64,000 nucleotides of DNA from a bacterium. Its GTDB lineage: Bacteria > JACRDZ01 > JAQUKH01. The position numbers and the translations under genes are program-made. The notes below the pieces were generated by a model, which was not told where the DNA came from, ran no database searches, and saw only the letters and a program-made list of their open reading frames with translations. Positions 1 through 10,502 of this stretch are shown here, piece by piece (positions within the stretch are counted from its first letter, which is position 1; the number at the start of each line of letters is the position of its first letter). The stretch lies in contig JAQUKH010000004.1 of assembly GCA_028719205.1 (NCBI GenBank), positions 38,332 through 102,331 of the forward strand, written 5' to 3'.

Positions 1-110
1 CTCCATAAGGCACATATGATTCATCTATCTTAAACTTTTTAAAATCCTTCCTGAGAATAACTTCTATATGTTCCTTATTAACTCCGGTTCCACATGCAGT
101 TTTTGTCATA
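1..110 (-). CDS. Partial CDS: only the N-terminus lies in the window (MTKTACGTGVNKEHIEVILRKDFKKFKIDESYVPYG...). Function unknown.
   Basis: ATG at 108-110 on the minus strand, reading out of the window. No recognisable motif. Confidence 0.3.
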
Positions 111-176
111 ATAATCTAACTATAATACTACTTTTATCGTTTTTGGCAAGAAAAAAATAGGCTGGTTTGTTAAACT

Positions 177-1430
177 TCAATATGTGACTAACTCTTTCCA
201 TGAATGAGTAGTCAACTGGTCTATTCCTACACCCGGAATCACTAAATTCATCAGGGTTGTGTCAAAAGCAATGTTGTAGGCCGCGCCTCCTCCATTAAAT
301 ACCGCGCCTTTGGCAAATAATGATCCATTTCCGATCCCTGAATTACCGTTTAATGTAAAATTGCCGTTCGTAAAAAGAACCCCGTCTGTCGATTCAGATT
401 TTCCGCTGAGAGTAATATTTCCGGTCGCCGCGACGGTAAAAGGATTACCTACGCCGTCGGGACAATCCACACCGGGATTGGAATTAGTAGCCGGATTCCC
501 GTCAGGATCCGCGTCATCCCTTGCATGTGTAAGTGTCGCACCGCTAAGAGAAAAATTGCCATTGACTACTAGTGTCCCATTTATATAAACATCACTGCTT
601 ATATTAAGATCTCCATTGTAATAGACCAATCCTGCCGGATTTGAAGCATCATGAGCATTTAAATAAGCCATCAGGGAGCTATAATTATCAAAAATCGCGC
701 CGGTGCTATACAAATATTCTGGAGGAGTAGTACCTGGTTTTACCCCGCCATTTGCCGCTACAGATTCATACAGGTCAAAATTAAAGGAAATAGGCGGTAA
801 TTTAGCGGCACCCGAGGTTATGGCACCGTTAACAGTCCCGGAGGTAGAAGCATTTCCATGAGCTGTTACAGCTCCGGTAAGATTAGCAGAAGCTCCATTC
901 TGATTTAGGTCTCCATTCGCGTATAAGTCTCCGGTTACTGTAATTCCTCCATGTAAAGTAAGGTCACCATCAGAAAATACGGCATGTTTGAAATGGATAT
1001 CGGGATCTTCCACCGTTGTCTTTTTTAAAACAAGTTCTATACGGCGGCTCCTGTCATCATGCGTTCCCTGAGAATCAATAGTGATAAATTTATTCGAACT
1101 GATCGTATTTCTTACCCTTACTGAATAAACCCCGGAATCAAAAGGAATATTACTAAGTACTGTGGAAAAATCCCCTGAAGGGTTTGTTGTCCCATAATTC
1201 TCATTTTGAGAAAGTTTAAAGGTTGCTTCGTGAATACCGGCATTAGCGGAATAAAACGCCTTTTCTGTTTTATCTTCAATTACCGACAATTGTGTCTCGT
1301 TCTGCGCCATATACAAAAACACAGTAACAAAAATCGCGATAACGGCAAGAAAAAGCATTGCTATAACAAGGGCAATACCTTTCTGGTTTTTATTATATTT
1401 TTTTGCGGAAATAACGGATTTCATGATCAT
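177..1430 (-). CDS. PilX-N-terminal-domain minor-pilin-like protein (417 aa) with a beta-helix-like Gly/Asn-rich body.
   Basis: N-terminus KGIALVIAMLFLAVIAIFVTVFLYMAQNETQLS...AFYSANAGIHEA matches the PilX_N pattern (hydrophobic helix, then AEAG-like motif). The body is repetitive G/N/T-rich. A GGAGG RBS precedes the ATG. Confidence 0.55.
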   Translation of the reverse strand: MIMKSVISAKKYNKNQKGIALVIAMLFLAVIAIFVTVFLYMAQNETQLSVIEDKTEKAFYSANAGIHEATFKLSQNENYGTTNPSGDFSTVLSNIPFDSGVYSVRVRNTISSNKFITIDSQGTHDDRSRRIELVLKKTTVEDPDIHFKHAVFSDGDLTLHGGITVTGDLYANGDLNQNGASANLTGAVTAHGNASTSGTVNGAITSGAAKLPPISFNFDLYESVAANGGVKPGTTPPEYLYSTGAIFDNYSSLMAYLNAHDASNPAGLVYYNGDLNISSDVYINGTLVVNGNFSLSGATLTHARDDADPDGNPATNSNPGVDCPDGVGNPFTVAATGNITLSGKSESTDGVLFTNGNFTLNGNSGIGNGSLFAKGAVFNGGGAAYNIAFDTTLMNLVIPGVGIDQLTTHSWKELVTY

Positions 1431-1440
1431 GCCTCCGCAT

Positions 1441-1463
1441 GGGCGAACGCCGTTCGCCCCTAC
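1441..1463. repeat. REP-like palindromic element, family 1 (GGGCGAACgccGTTCGCCCCTAC), lying between two cistrons of the pilin operon.
   Basis: Perfect 8-bp stem GGGCGAAC/GTTCGCCC followed by CCCCTAC. The same GTAGGGGC..GAAC module recurs at 15678-15731 and 16503-16580. Confidence 0.5.
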
Positions 1464-1466
1464 ATT

Positions 1467-2102
1467 TTAAAATAATTTAAGATTTCTCAATTGCACACTC
1501 GTTTCAACAATAGTATTTTTAGGCCCGTCAAAATCAATAACACCGTCACTATTATAATCATACCTGTCAGTATCAACCTCAACAATTATATTTATCAGAG
1601 TAACTTTACCCCTTTCTGTCTGTGTATCAATAGCCGTAGAACTTCCGCCTAAAACCGCAATTTCAGACGCGCTGATAACTCCATCTCCATTAGTATCCAG
1701 GGCATAATCGTTCCCAAAATAATCAAAGGTTAGCGACTTTATATATCTAGCCTTGATTTCATCTTTGACAAAAACACCAGACGCGTCTTTCACCTCACGG
1801 TGTAATTTCTGATTTTCCACTGGTCCATCTAAATAATAAGAAATATAGTTCCCTCCTGTATCCCGAACCGTTAAACTGTCAAACCCAGCCGAAAAAGCTG
1901 TTGCCTGCCGGATCTCTCTCGCCAGAACCTCTATCGCGATCCTGGCATTTTGGCTTTCAAGAACCTGTTTTCTTCCTGATTGAAACGCTTTATTGGCCTG
2001 AATAAAAACGGTATAAATACCTACGATAATTATCGCAAAGATAAACATCGCGATCATCATTTCAATAAGTGTAAAACCTTTTTGTTCCATTTTACTGCCC
2101 AT
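1467..2102 (-). CDS. Type IV pilin-like protein with a prepilin N-terminal cleavage/methylation domain (211 aa).
   Basis: N-terminus KGFTLIEMMIAMFIFAIIIVGIY: G^FTLIE class-III signal with Glu at +5. The C-terminal part carries DTNGDGVISASE, a calcium-binding-loop-like motif. Confidence 0.7.
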   Translation of the reverse strand: MGSKMEQKGFTLIEMMIAMFIFAIIIVGIYTVFIQANKAFQSGRKQVLESQNARIAIEVLAREIRQATAFSAGFDSLTVRDTGGNYISYYLDGPVENQKLHREVKDASGVFVKDEIKARYIKSLTFDYFGNDYALDTNGDGVISASEIAVLGGSSTAIDTQTERGKVTLINIIVEVDTDRYDYNSDGVIDFDGPKNTIVETSVQLRNLKLF

Positions 2103-2123
2103 TGCTGTTTATCCCTTCCTGAA

Positions 2124-4496
2124 TTACGGGCTAAATGTTATAAAAACACCCGAATTTTGTGATGAATTATCATAACCAACCGTCACATTCTTGCCGCTTT
2201 TTCCCGTAGTGGCTTTAAAAACTATTCTGGCTATTAACCTGTCATTTATAGCGCTTGAGCTGATATTTTCCGTCCAGGTGTAAGCATGATACGTCCCCCA
2301 AAAATCTTTAATATTTTCATTATCAACAGATGTATCCCTGAATAATATACCTGAAGAATAATAATAGAGCCTGACATAAAAACTGCCTTGAATTTGATTA
2401 TGATTACTGGTAGCCCACACAGTAAAAGTCCAATTACCTGAAGGATTTACAAATGTAGTATCCGACACCCAATTTCCAAAAATAAAATCCCCTCCGGCTC
2501 CCACAACCTGAGTAATTTCCTGAACAGAAGCTTTATCCGGACCGGAAGTCGTAAGACTTTTATAACTGCTATTTACAGGCGAAGTCTCCATATGAAAATA
2601 AAATTGGGTTGTTGGAGATCCAATTGTAGTAAATGTCCACGACTGCTGGGCGGCCATCGAATTTCCGGCTAGATCCTTAACCCCTGTTGTTACAACAGCC
2701 GTATAGGTTGTCTGATAACTCAGACTGCTTGTCGGTGTAAGCGTAAAAGTATAGTTTGCCGGATTGTATGTAATAGTTGCAGGAACAACTGTAATACCCC
2801 CCTTAAGAAGGCTGATATTGCCTGAACTAACAACCGTAGATTCTATCATAGGCTCACTGAATACTCCGCTTACAGTTGTATCCAATGGCATGCCGGTCGA
2901 GCCGTTGACCGGTTTAAGATTTGATAAAGTCGGCGGTGTAGTATCTGAACCGACTACTGTTATCTGGTAAAAATTACCGCTTAACGCGTTCGCGGGGGAG
3001 GTAACTAAATTATTAGCTGAATCCCATGCGGCAAAGTAATAAATTACATCATAACCGTTGTCACCACTCCAGTCTCTTACAACATCTGACGGTATTACAG
3101 CTTGCCAGTTACCGTTATTATTATTCCCTGAAACCAGTGTCATTTTGGCTGTAGTGCTATAAGTGCTGTCTACATCCTGATAACCAATGTAAGGCCCAAC
3201 CGTAGAAGAATTTACACCCATAAAATCAGTTATCGCGGCAGTTAAAGTTACAGAGGTGGATTCTATGGCTGATAAAACCGGTACAGTAGTTATAACCGGC
3301 GGAACAGTATCCTTAACACCAAAGTAGTAATGAGGGCTTGTCCCCGAATTACCCGCTCCGTCCCGCGCCTCAAAATAATATTCGATATCATTCGTCAAAC
3401 TAAGCGGGTCTCTATCCAAAACATAGCTTGCGGGAACAGTTCCTGACCACGTGCCATTCATTACGCTCCCGCTGACCATTGTCAGTGACGTAGAACTATA
3501 ACTGCTGGTACCGGATTGATACCAAAGCAGAGGGCCAACCACGCTTAAACTATCCGCCATTACTACCTGTATCATCGCGGCATTACCCGCTTCAACAGGT
3601 GTGCTTGTAACAACAACCGGCGGAGGAATTACCTGCGGAGGTGTTGTGTCAATAACAAAAGAACCTGTTCCCGAACCCGGATTACCGGTATCGTCAACCC
3701 CTGATACATTTATCAGCGCGGTCCCATCAGGAGTCGGGCCGTCTGTGGGATCGGTCGAATTACCCTGTGAAATAGTAACAGGAGAAGCATTTTGATATGT
3801 AAAATTATTAATTGACTCATTATAATCAGCGGCCTCCACCAGAATAACTGTTATCGCGGAACCCTGATATGCCGTCCCGTATGCCGGTATAAAACTTAAT
3901 ATAGGAACACCCCCTAATTTCTCGCTCGCGCTGACATTTATTGTAACCGTTCCCACGCCCGCAATACTAGGTGTCACCGTACAAATAAAAGACGGGCCTA
4001 TGTTATCACTACCGGCAAGTAATCTTGGCCCCACAAAAGTTTGTAAAACCTGGCTCTGCGCGGCCCCTCTCTGGTCACTCCAATTTAAACTAATGATCAT
4101 TTTTTTATAATCTGTAGTATCTCCAAATGTGTCATAAGCACCCAATCCGTCTGTCGAATCGTCTATCGATTGAACTTCAACCGCCCAGCTGACATCAACA
4201 TTTCCAATGTGAGTAGTCCCGGTAAGATCACTTTCTGTTGGATCTTTAATTTTATTTAGATTTAAGTCTTTATATCCAGGATTGCCGGCACCGATATAAT
4301 AAAAATTCATATCTTCGATCTCTTCCAGTTTCTGCCGGGCAAAATTAAGTACACCCATTTTATTTTCCGCTTTTTTAGTACCGAGAAATCCATAATTCAG
4401 GAGGGAAATTAAAGTGATCATTCCAATGGCAAGTATTAACATAGCCACCATGATCTCAACAAGCGTAAAACCTTCACATGTTTTTATTTTATTCAT
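2124..4496 (-). CDS. Giant type IV pilin-like protein (about 790 aa) with a prepilin N-terminus and a long Thr/Ser/Gly-rich beta-rich body, putatively an adhesin.
   Basis: EGFTLVEIMVAMLILAIGMITLISL class-III signal peptide. The likely start is MNKIK at 4496; the ORF track starts 4 codons earlier at 4508. Repetitive Ig-like segments follow. Confidence 0.6.
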   Translation of the reverse strand: MNKIKTCEGFTLVEIMVAMLILAIGMITLISLLNYGFLGTKKAENKMGVLNFARQKLEEIEDMNFYYIGAGNPGYKDLNLNKIKDPTESDLTGTTHIGNVDVSWAVEVQSIDDSTDGLGAYDTFGDTTDYKKMIISLNWSDQRGAAQSQVLQTFVGPRLLAGSDNIGPSFICTVTPSIAGVGTVTINVSASEKLGGVPILSFIPAYGTAYQGSAITVILVEAADYNESINNFTYQNASPVTISQGNSTDPTDGPTPDGTALINVSGVDDTGNPGSGTGSFVIDTTPPQVIPPPVVVTSTPVEAGNAAMIQVVMADSLSVVGPLLWYQSGTSSYSSTSLTMVSGSVMNGTWSGTVPASYVLDRDPLSLTNDIEYYFEARDGAGNSGTSPHYYFGVKDTVPPVITTVPVLSAIESTSVTLTAAITDFMGVNSSTVGPYIGYQDVDSTYSTTAKMTLVSGNNNNGNWQAVIPSDVVRDWSGDNGYDVIYYFAAWDSANNLVTSPANALSGNFYQITVVGSDTTPPTLSNLKPVNGSTGMPLDTTVSGVFSEPMIESTVVSSGNISLLKGGITVVPATITYNPANYTFTLTPTSSLSYQTTYTAVVTTGVKDLAGNSMAAQQSWTFTTIGSPTTQFYFHMETSPVNSSYKSLTTSGPDKASVQEITQVVGAGGDFIFGNWVSDTTFVNPSGNWTFTVWATSNHNQIQGSFYVRLYYYSSGILFRDTSVDNENIKDFWGTYHAYTWTENISSSAINDRLIARIVFKATTGKSGKNVTVGYDNSSQNSGVFITFSP

Positions 4497-4739
4497 TTTT
4501 ACCACCATTTAATAATTATTATCCCCTTAACTCAAGTTTATCCGTCTTTACTATATACCAAAAAATATCAGCCGTCAAAATCTGCTTTCTACAGTATCGG
4601 CATTTCATTTTTAATAATAAAGTATTTAATAAATAAGCCGATTCTAAGGGGATGAATGCCACTATGCTAATTAATAATTACGATTTTAAGTTAAACACAT
4701 CTAAATTTTTGGTATATCTTAGAATAAGAGGGATTATTA

Positions 4740-7700
4740 GTGAAAAATAGAAACTCTCCCCCTGCAGAGAAAAATGGATTTAGTTTAATAGAGCTCCTTC
4801 TTGCAATGTCAGTATTAATTACATTGCTTTTAGGTTTGGAAACCATCTATATTAACACGATGCGAATGACACAAAAAAATAAGATAAAAAACCAAGCCCA
4901 GGTTCTCGCGCGAAAAACAATGGAAGAATATAAATATATCGATTTTGAAAAACTAAAATCTATTGATGGGAGCATAGATGACGGCAAGATCGACCCTATA
5001 CCGGGAACTGATTTTAACCGGCAAATCAGTGTGGATTTTGTTGACCAGGACTGGGCGGATAAGGATAATGACGGCGATCGAACTGAACTCATTCAAACCG
5101 ACAATGAAACTAATATTATGAAACTCCATGTGGTAATATCAGATATAAAATCACCTAAAAGAATAGATGATGTTACCCTGGAAAGTATTATTTCCAGCGG
5201 CGGGCATACTAATTTACCGCAGTTTAAAATTACAGCTAATCCTGAAATTACCCATGAAGGTAATGTAACCATAACGGTCCTTGCCTCAGAGGCTCTGGAT
5301 CCCGCGGCCGCTTCAGGACAACCTATAAACGTAACCGTGCTTTTTCCTGACGGAACAAATAGCGGGAATATTTACGTGTCAGGGGGATTCGCTCCGACCG
5401 GAACACCTAATGAGTGGAGAGGAATCTTTACTGTCGTGGATGACGGTAATCCGGCCCATAATCCCGGAGATACGATTGAAGGCGATGCCACAATAACCGT
5501 AATGGGCAGAAATATGCCCGGACAACCGGTTGGATTATGGGGTATAGAAAAAAGCGGGATCCTGATCGATACCTACAATCCCACTTACACTAATCTGATT
5601 CCTGCAACAGGCAGTTCATCAGGTAATAGAAGGCCATTAATTTCCGTAATATTTAAAGATGAAGGAAATCCCAGTTTCGTCGGGCCTAGTGTCCCCAAAC
5701 CAAGCCTTCTGGATCCGGATTCTTTAATAATCACAATAAATGGAACCCCGCTGTCAGGCGAAGAATTGGCAAATGTCAGCAAAATCACACAAGCTCAGGA
5801 TGCCGGCTTAAATGAATATGAACTAAAAGTAAAGTATACCCCAAGTGCAGATTTAACAGACGGAGATTATATTCTTAATTTAACGATATCCGATATCGCG
5901 AAAAATACTACCACAGCCTCGACTAATTTTACTATTACGGGGCCTACGGCTCCGGATAATGTAAAACCTGTGATAGCGATGAAAACCCCTGTTAACACAG
6001 TTACAGGGCAAATATCAACTGACCCGGCTGCGCCTGCAATTCTCACAGAATTACGGCCAACTATCTCCGCTACCGCAGAGGACCATCCCCATGTTTCAGA
6101 TAGCTGTACTTGCGCTACTGAAGGCGCTTCGGGAATAGATCCCTCTTCTGTTGTTTTAACATTGGGAGGGAACCCTGTCAGTGCTGTCTATTCCAATGGA
6201 CAGGTGTCATTTACCCCGGCTTCCGATCTGAATTTGGATTATGTTTACGAGGTAACTCTGGACTTAAAGGATAATGGCGTGGATTTTACCGACAATACCG
6301 GAATCGGAGGGCCTGATAACGACAAAGATGATAGCGCTGATAATATTGCTGAAACAACTTATATGGTAGACATTAACGGTAATGGGACAGTTGGTGATGT
6401 TTTAAATGGAGTGTGGGAACATCCCAATTCCGCCAATCAGGCGAAATGGTATTTTAAAATTACAACTCATCCGACAATAACCTCAGTCTACCCTGCAAAT
6501 GGCACAATGAATGTTGGGTTAGATCCTAAATTAACAGTATATTTCAGCAAAGAAATGAATGAACAATCGATAAAGGACAGCCTTTCTGTTATTGGAAGCA
6601 TAAGCGGTAATATTACATCGTTGCTTTTATCCCAAAGTACTGTCTGGTCCTCCATAAATAAAAGTATTACTTTTAATAATAATCAGGCTAATATTTTTAA
6701 TAACAACGAACTCTATACCATCACGATATATAATACTGCCATTGATATTGATGGACTTAACCTGGCATCTTCTTATACCTGGGAAATTTCCACGCCGGAC
6801 ACCTTGCCGCCTGTTTTCTGGCACAATGACCACAACCCGCCCCCGGATGGACAGGTTGTAAGTACCCCTGTGACTATCCGCGTACGGGCAAAAGATAATG
6901 TTTTTCTGCCCCAAAACAGGGTATATCTGTATTATCAAAATAAAATTGCCGGTGGAGTATGGAGCGGCTGGTATAATAACTTAATGACATTCCAAAGCTG
7001 GAACATAACAAATAAAGACGGCGAATTCACAACTACCATAGATACCACCTATATAACTATCCCGCCAAGTTACGCGGAAGGAATGCTCCAGTATTATTTT
7101 AAGGCCTTTGATTCTGCCGGAAATGTTTCGTATTTCGATAAAGTAAGCGTTGATGGAAATTTTACATCTTCACCGGTTACTCCTTACAATTTTACTATCG
7201 GCCCCCCTCCTTTCATATTTTTTGATGATTTTGACGGGGGAATCGCGGGCAATTATACAGGCAGCTGGAGCCATTATAAAGTCGGTATGCTCAGCGTAGA
7301 TGACTGGCAGGTCGGCTATCCCCAGGGAAAAGGAGGGACATACCGTGGTAATCCGGATCCTACCAACGCCCATTCAGGAACAAACTGTTATGGAAATGAT
7401 TTGACAGGAAATGGAGACTATGAACCCAATTCTGAAAATTATCTGGTATCCCCGGTTATTAACTGTTCGGGACATACAAACATTTATTTGACATTCTACC
7501 GCTGGCTGAATGTAGATGACAGGGGACAAGATAAAGCTTATATTTCAATAAATAACGGCGGAGGTTATCAAAGAATATTTGCCAACAGCACCGGAAGCGA
7601 AACACTTGACAGTTCCTGGGTTAAACAAACAATTGATATTTCCTCATGGGCGGATAATAAATCCGCGGTTCAAATAAGATTTGAACAAAAAAGTAACGGA

Positions 7701-7757
7701 AGCAGAAACTATAGCGGATGGAATATTGACGATATAACAATTAAAGAAGGGCCTTAA
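4740..7757 (+). CDS. Giant type IV pilin-like adhesin (1005 aa): prepilin N-terminus, multiple Ig-like segments and a C-terminal jelly-roll/MAM-like domain.
   Basis: GTG start with an AGAGGG RBS. NGFSLIELLLAMSVLITLLLGL class-III signal peptide (G^FSLIE). The C-terminal 200 aa end in ...YSGWNIDDITIKEGP, which resembles a MAM/galactose-binding-like fold ending (inference). Confidence 0.6.
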   Translation: MKNRNSPPAEKNGFSLIELLLAMSVLITLLLGLETIYINTMRMTQKNKIKNQAQVLARKTMEEYKYIDFEKLKSIDGSIDDGKIDPIPGTDFNRQISVDFVDQDWADKDNDGDRTELIQTDNETNIMKLHVVISDIKSPKRIDDVTLESIISSGGHTNLPQFKITANPEITHEGNVTITVLASEALDPAAASGQPINVTVLFPDGTNSGNIYVSGGFAPTGTPNEWRGIFTVVDDGNPAHNPGDTIEGDATITVMGRNMPGQPVGLWGIEKSGILIDTYNPTYTNLIPATGSSSGNRRPLISVIFKDEGNPSFVGPSVPKPSLLDPDSLIITINGTPLSGEELANVSKITQAQDAGLNEYELKVKYTPSADLTDGDYILNLTISDIAKNTTTASTNFTITGPTAPDNVKPVIAMKTPVNTVTGQISTDPAAPAILTELRPTISATAEDHPHVSDSCTCATEGASGIDPSSVVLTLGGNPVSAVYSNGQVSFTPASDLNLDYVYEVTLDLKDNGVDFTDNTGIGGPDNDKDDSADNIAETTYMVDINGNGTVGDVLNGVWEHPNSANQAKWYFKITTHPTITSVYPANGTMNVGLDPKLTVYFSKEMNEQSIKDSLSVIGSISGNITSLLLSQSTVWSSINKSITFNNNQANIFNNNELYTITIYNTAIDIDGLNLASSYTWEISTPDTLPPVFWHNDHNPPPDGQVVSTPVTIRVRAKDNVFLPQNRVYLYYQNKIAGGVWSGWYNNLMTFQSWNITNKDGEFTTTIDTTYITIPPSYAEGMLQYYFKAFDSAGNVSYFDKVSVDGNFTSSPVTPYNFTIGPPPFIFFDDFDGGIAGNYTGSWSHYKVGMLSVDDWQVGYPQGKGGTYRGNPDPTNAHSGTNCYGNDLTGNGDYEPNSENYLVSPVINCSGHTNIYLTFYRWLNVDDRGQDKAYISINNGGGYQRIFANSTGSETLDSSWVKQTIDISSWADNKSAVQIRFEQKSNGSRNYSGWNIDDITIKEGP

Positions 7758-7759
7758 TT

Positions 7760-8668
7760 ATGAAGCCACAAGGCAGGGAAAGAGGAATTTCGCTTACGGA
7801 ATTAATGGTCGCTATTGGCATATTGTCAGTTGTTCTTGCTATGGCGACGGGAATGTTCCAATATTTTTTTAAAATAAAAAGAAAAACAGAAATAAAACAA
7901 ACCCTCCAAGGCGAGTTAAAACTGGCAATGGATCTAATGTGTAAGGACCTCAGGGAAATGACCCTTCTGGTTAATAATGAATTTACGCCCTTGACCCGCA
8001 ATATGGGCAGCGGCAGAAATAACGATATTAATATAACAAATACCGGGACAGCAGATGATGATAATGACGGTGACGGTTATTGCAATGAAGATCCTATAGG
8101 CGACAAGGATAATCCTAATACACCTGATGTTGACGAAAGTAATGACGGAAATCTCGATGATGATAATGACGGCCGGATTGATTGTGATGACATTGACCTT
8201 GATGCCAATGATTCAATAACATTTAATGATTTTAATGTTTTAGACAGGGGGCAGGTTGAAGGATTAGCCGCTGGAGTTCCCTATACATCCAATGTTATTG
8301 ATGATGATAATGACGGCAAATTAAATGAAGATAAGGTTGTTGACGCAACCGATAACGACAATGATGGCTTTGACGGCGAAGATCCGGATCACGGGATCGG
8401 TATAGGTAATAAGATAAGATACCGTATTCTTGACGGGAAATTAATTAAAGAAAATCTATCACGCGGAACCACTAAAGTTCTTCTTGCCAACGATGTAGTA
8501 GGCTTAAGTATTATTTGCCGGGATAACTCGGAAAGAACAGTTAATATTAACGCTAATATCGGAAATGTCCGAAGCATAGAAATAATAATTGCCGTATCCC
8601 GTGATGGAATTCTTGAATATTTAGATTCAAAAGTTTATCCCAGGATATTATCGCAGGGAGGCGTATGA
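7760..8668 (+). CDS. Pilin-like protein (302 aa) with a prepilin N-terminus and Asp-rich calcium-binding (thrombospondin-type-3-like) repeats.
   Basis: RGISLTELMVAIGILSVVLAMATGMF class-III signal. Repeats DDDNDGDGYCNEDPIGDKDNPNTPDVDESNDGNLDDDNDGRIDCDD and DDDNDGKLNEDKVVDATDNDNDGFDGEDPD. Confidence 0.65.
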   Translation: MKPQGRERGISLTELMVAIGILSVVLAMATGMFQYFFKIKRKTEIKQTLQGELKLAMDLMCKDLREMTLLVNNEFTPLTRNMGSGRNNDINITNTGTADDDNDGDGYCNEDPIGDKDNPNTPDVDESNDGNLDDDNDGRIDCDDIDLDANDSITFNDFNVLDRGQVEGLAAGVPYTSNVIDDDNDGKLNEDKVVDATDNDNDGFDGEDPDHGIGIGNKIRYRILDGKLIKENLSRGTTKVLLANDVVGLSIICRDNSERTVNINANIGNVRSIEIIIAVSRDGILEYLDSKVYPRILSQGGV

Positions 8669-10089
8669 TCATGATAAATAAAAATAAAGAGAACGGGATC
8701 GCGTTGATCATGGTCTTAAGTATCGCCGGGATCCTCACGATCTTTGGATTACTTTTATTGAGAACGGGAAACATTCAATACCAGCAAACCGAACAATCTA
8801 AGCAAAAAGAAAGGGCATTATTTTACGCGGAGGCAGGAATAGAAGAAGCCCGATGGTATATTTTAGAACGCGGGGCCAATTGGCTGAACAGCAAAGCCCC
8901 TGCAGTTGACGGCCAATTTCATCTGGGATTTGATCATGCTATAGACAGCACCCAGGGCCATGTCCGTGTTGAGGTGCAAAATATCAATGATATCGGCGGC
9001 CAGGATCTTTATACCATAACTTCTGTCGGAACCTATTATCTCGGGAATAAAACTATTCAAAGAAAAATTGTTGCCACCGCGGCGGCCGTACAGCAATCAT
9101 CAATGAGCAATATCTTCCTTTTTATCGGTAATGATGACCAGAATGTGGGAAGTTCCTACAATGTTTATGGGCCAATGCATGTAAATGGAAATATGATTTT
9201 TATTGATAAGCCCGCACGTTTCCATAATAAGGTAACAGTAACAGAAAAATTCCGAAAAGATACCATTACCGGAACAATTTTAACTGCCGGAGCTAATGGA
9301 ACAGTAGTTACCGGCGGGTATGGTATTTTTGACGATATCAATCCTGCCAATGGAGTTGTGGACATTCCGCCGCTTGACGGCCAGGCACCGGTAAATCCCA
9401 TAGCGAATGATTTTAATCAGTCCCGGTATAAAGCTATTTCCGGCGGTATCCATTCTACGGGCGATTTGACATTGGAATTTTTTCAGGAAGATTCCCCCGG
9501 ATTAGGAGGTTTTGTCATTGCGAATGGCGTAAAAACATATCTTAATGAACTTAGCCAGAAAACCATTTATTCCGACACCGATTGTTTTGTTCAGGGCACT
9601 CTCCAGGGACAAATAACAGTAGCCGCGACAAATAATATTTACATTACGGGAAATATACTCTATTCCACTCTTCCACCGTTCTTAAATGAACCTCATATAA
9701 TGGGACTAATGGCTAAAAGTGATATTTTTATACCTAACAATATTAATTCAACACTTGATTTTATAAACGCGCAGGGCCAGGGAACCCCAAGTAATCCTAT
9801 GACGGATGGGGTAAAAGGCGATTTGATAATTTCCGCGGCGCTTTATGCGGGTAATCAGGTCTTTTTTCCCTTAGACTGGGGTACTACTCCCAAAAAAGGA
9901 ACATTGGTAATAAACGGTTCAATGGCAAGTAACCTGTGCGTATATTTCAAAATGATAAGCGGGTCTGATTACCGGGGATTTAGAGATAGATTCTATAATT
10001 ACGATAATAATTTCAGCCTCTTTTCTCCACCTAATTTTATTTCGTTTTCCCCGCCCTGTATCTGGAATTGGCATGAAGAAGGAGTATAA
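8665..10089 (+). CDS. Second PilX-N-terminal-domain protein (474 aa).
   Basis: NGIALIMVLSIAGILTIFGLLLLRTGNIQYQQ...ALFYAEAGIEEARW matches the PilX_N pattern. It overlaps the preceding pilin gene by 4 nt (ATGA), suggesting operon coupling. Confidence 0.55.
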   Translation: MIMINKNKENGIALIMVLSIAGILTIFGLLLLRTGNIQYQQTEQSKQKERALFYAEAGIEEARWYILERGANWLNSKAPAVDGQFHLGFDHAIDSTQGHVRVEVQNINDIGGQDLYTITSVGTYYLGNKTIQRKIVATAAAVQQSSMSNIFLFIGNDDQNVGSSYNVYGPMHVNGNMIFIDKPARFHNKVTVTEKFRKDTITGTILTAGANGTVVTGGYGIFDDINPANGVVDIPPLDGQAPVNPIANDFNQSRYKAISGGIHSTGDLTLEFFQEDSPGLGGFVIANGVKTYLNELSQKTIYSDTDCFVQGTLQGQITVAATNNIYITGNILYSTLPPFLNEPHIMGLMAKSDIFIPNNINSTLDFINAQGQGTPSNPMTDGVKGDLIISAALYAGNQVFFPLDWGTTPKKGTLVINGSMASNLCVYFKMISGSDYRGFRDRFYNYDNNFSLFSPPNFISFSPPCIWNWHEEGV

Positions 10090-10444
10090 AATGGTAAATA
10101 AAAAAAATCAAAATGAAGAACTCTGGTATTATGCCACTATCACCATAATTATTTTTATTATTATTGGTTTAACAATTAGTATTTTTGAAAAAAAAGAGAT
10201 AACGGAAAAATCGTACAATACTGCCGCATTAGAAAAAGTAATAACTCCTCAAAGCAAAGTAGAAAATATAACTGCCCCAGGAACACAACCTAAAGGAAAA
10301 GTTATTTCTCCTGAGTCACAATATGATATTGAACAATTAAGAAAAAGTTTAAATTTGCCGGAACCGGAAGAAGAAAAAAAAGCCATTAAGCAGCAGCATG
10401 AAGAAATACTGAAAAATAACTCACAGGTTCGATATGTTTTTTAA
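10073..10444 (+). CDS. Small single-pass membrane protein (123 aa), function unknown.
   Basis: One hydrophobic helix (YYATITIIIFIIIGLTISIF) followed by a charged, coiled-coil-like tail. Sits in the operon with the pilin genes. Confidence 0.4.
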   Translation: MKKEYKMVNKKNQNEELWYYATITIIIFIIIGLTISIFEKKEITEKSYNTAALEKVITPQSKVENITAPGTQPKGKVISPESQYDIEQLRKSLNLPEPEEEKKAIKQQHEEILKNNSQVRYVF

Positions 10445-10502
10445 TTAAAATTTCTAAAAATTTTGTTTGCATTATTTTAATTTAGTTTTATAATAACAAA
10501 TT

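Noticed and set aside
310-588. Many short ORFs (60-110 aa) in the six-frame track lie antisense to, or nested within, long confident genes. Examples: 310-588, 1206-1475, 2764-2970, 3601-3795, 4847-5092, 6627-6938, 15055-15489, 33598-33927, 34171-34692, 38363-38554, 39140-39508, 44005-44394.
   Set aside because: They overlap well-supported genes on the opposite strand or in another frame, lack RBSs, and have a low-complexity composition mirroring the sense gene. Treated as shadow ORFs.
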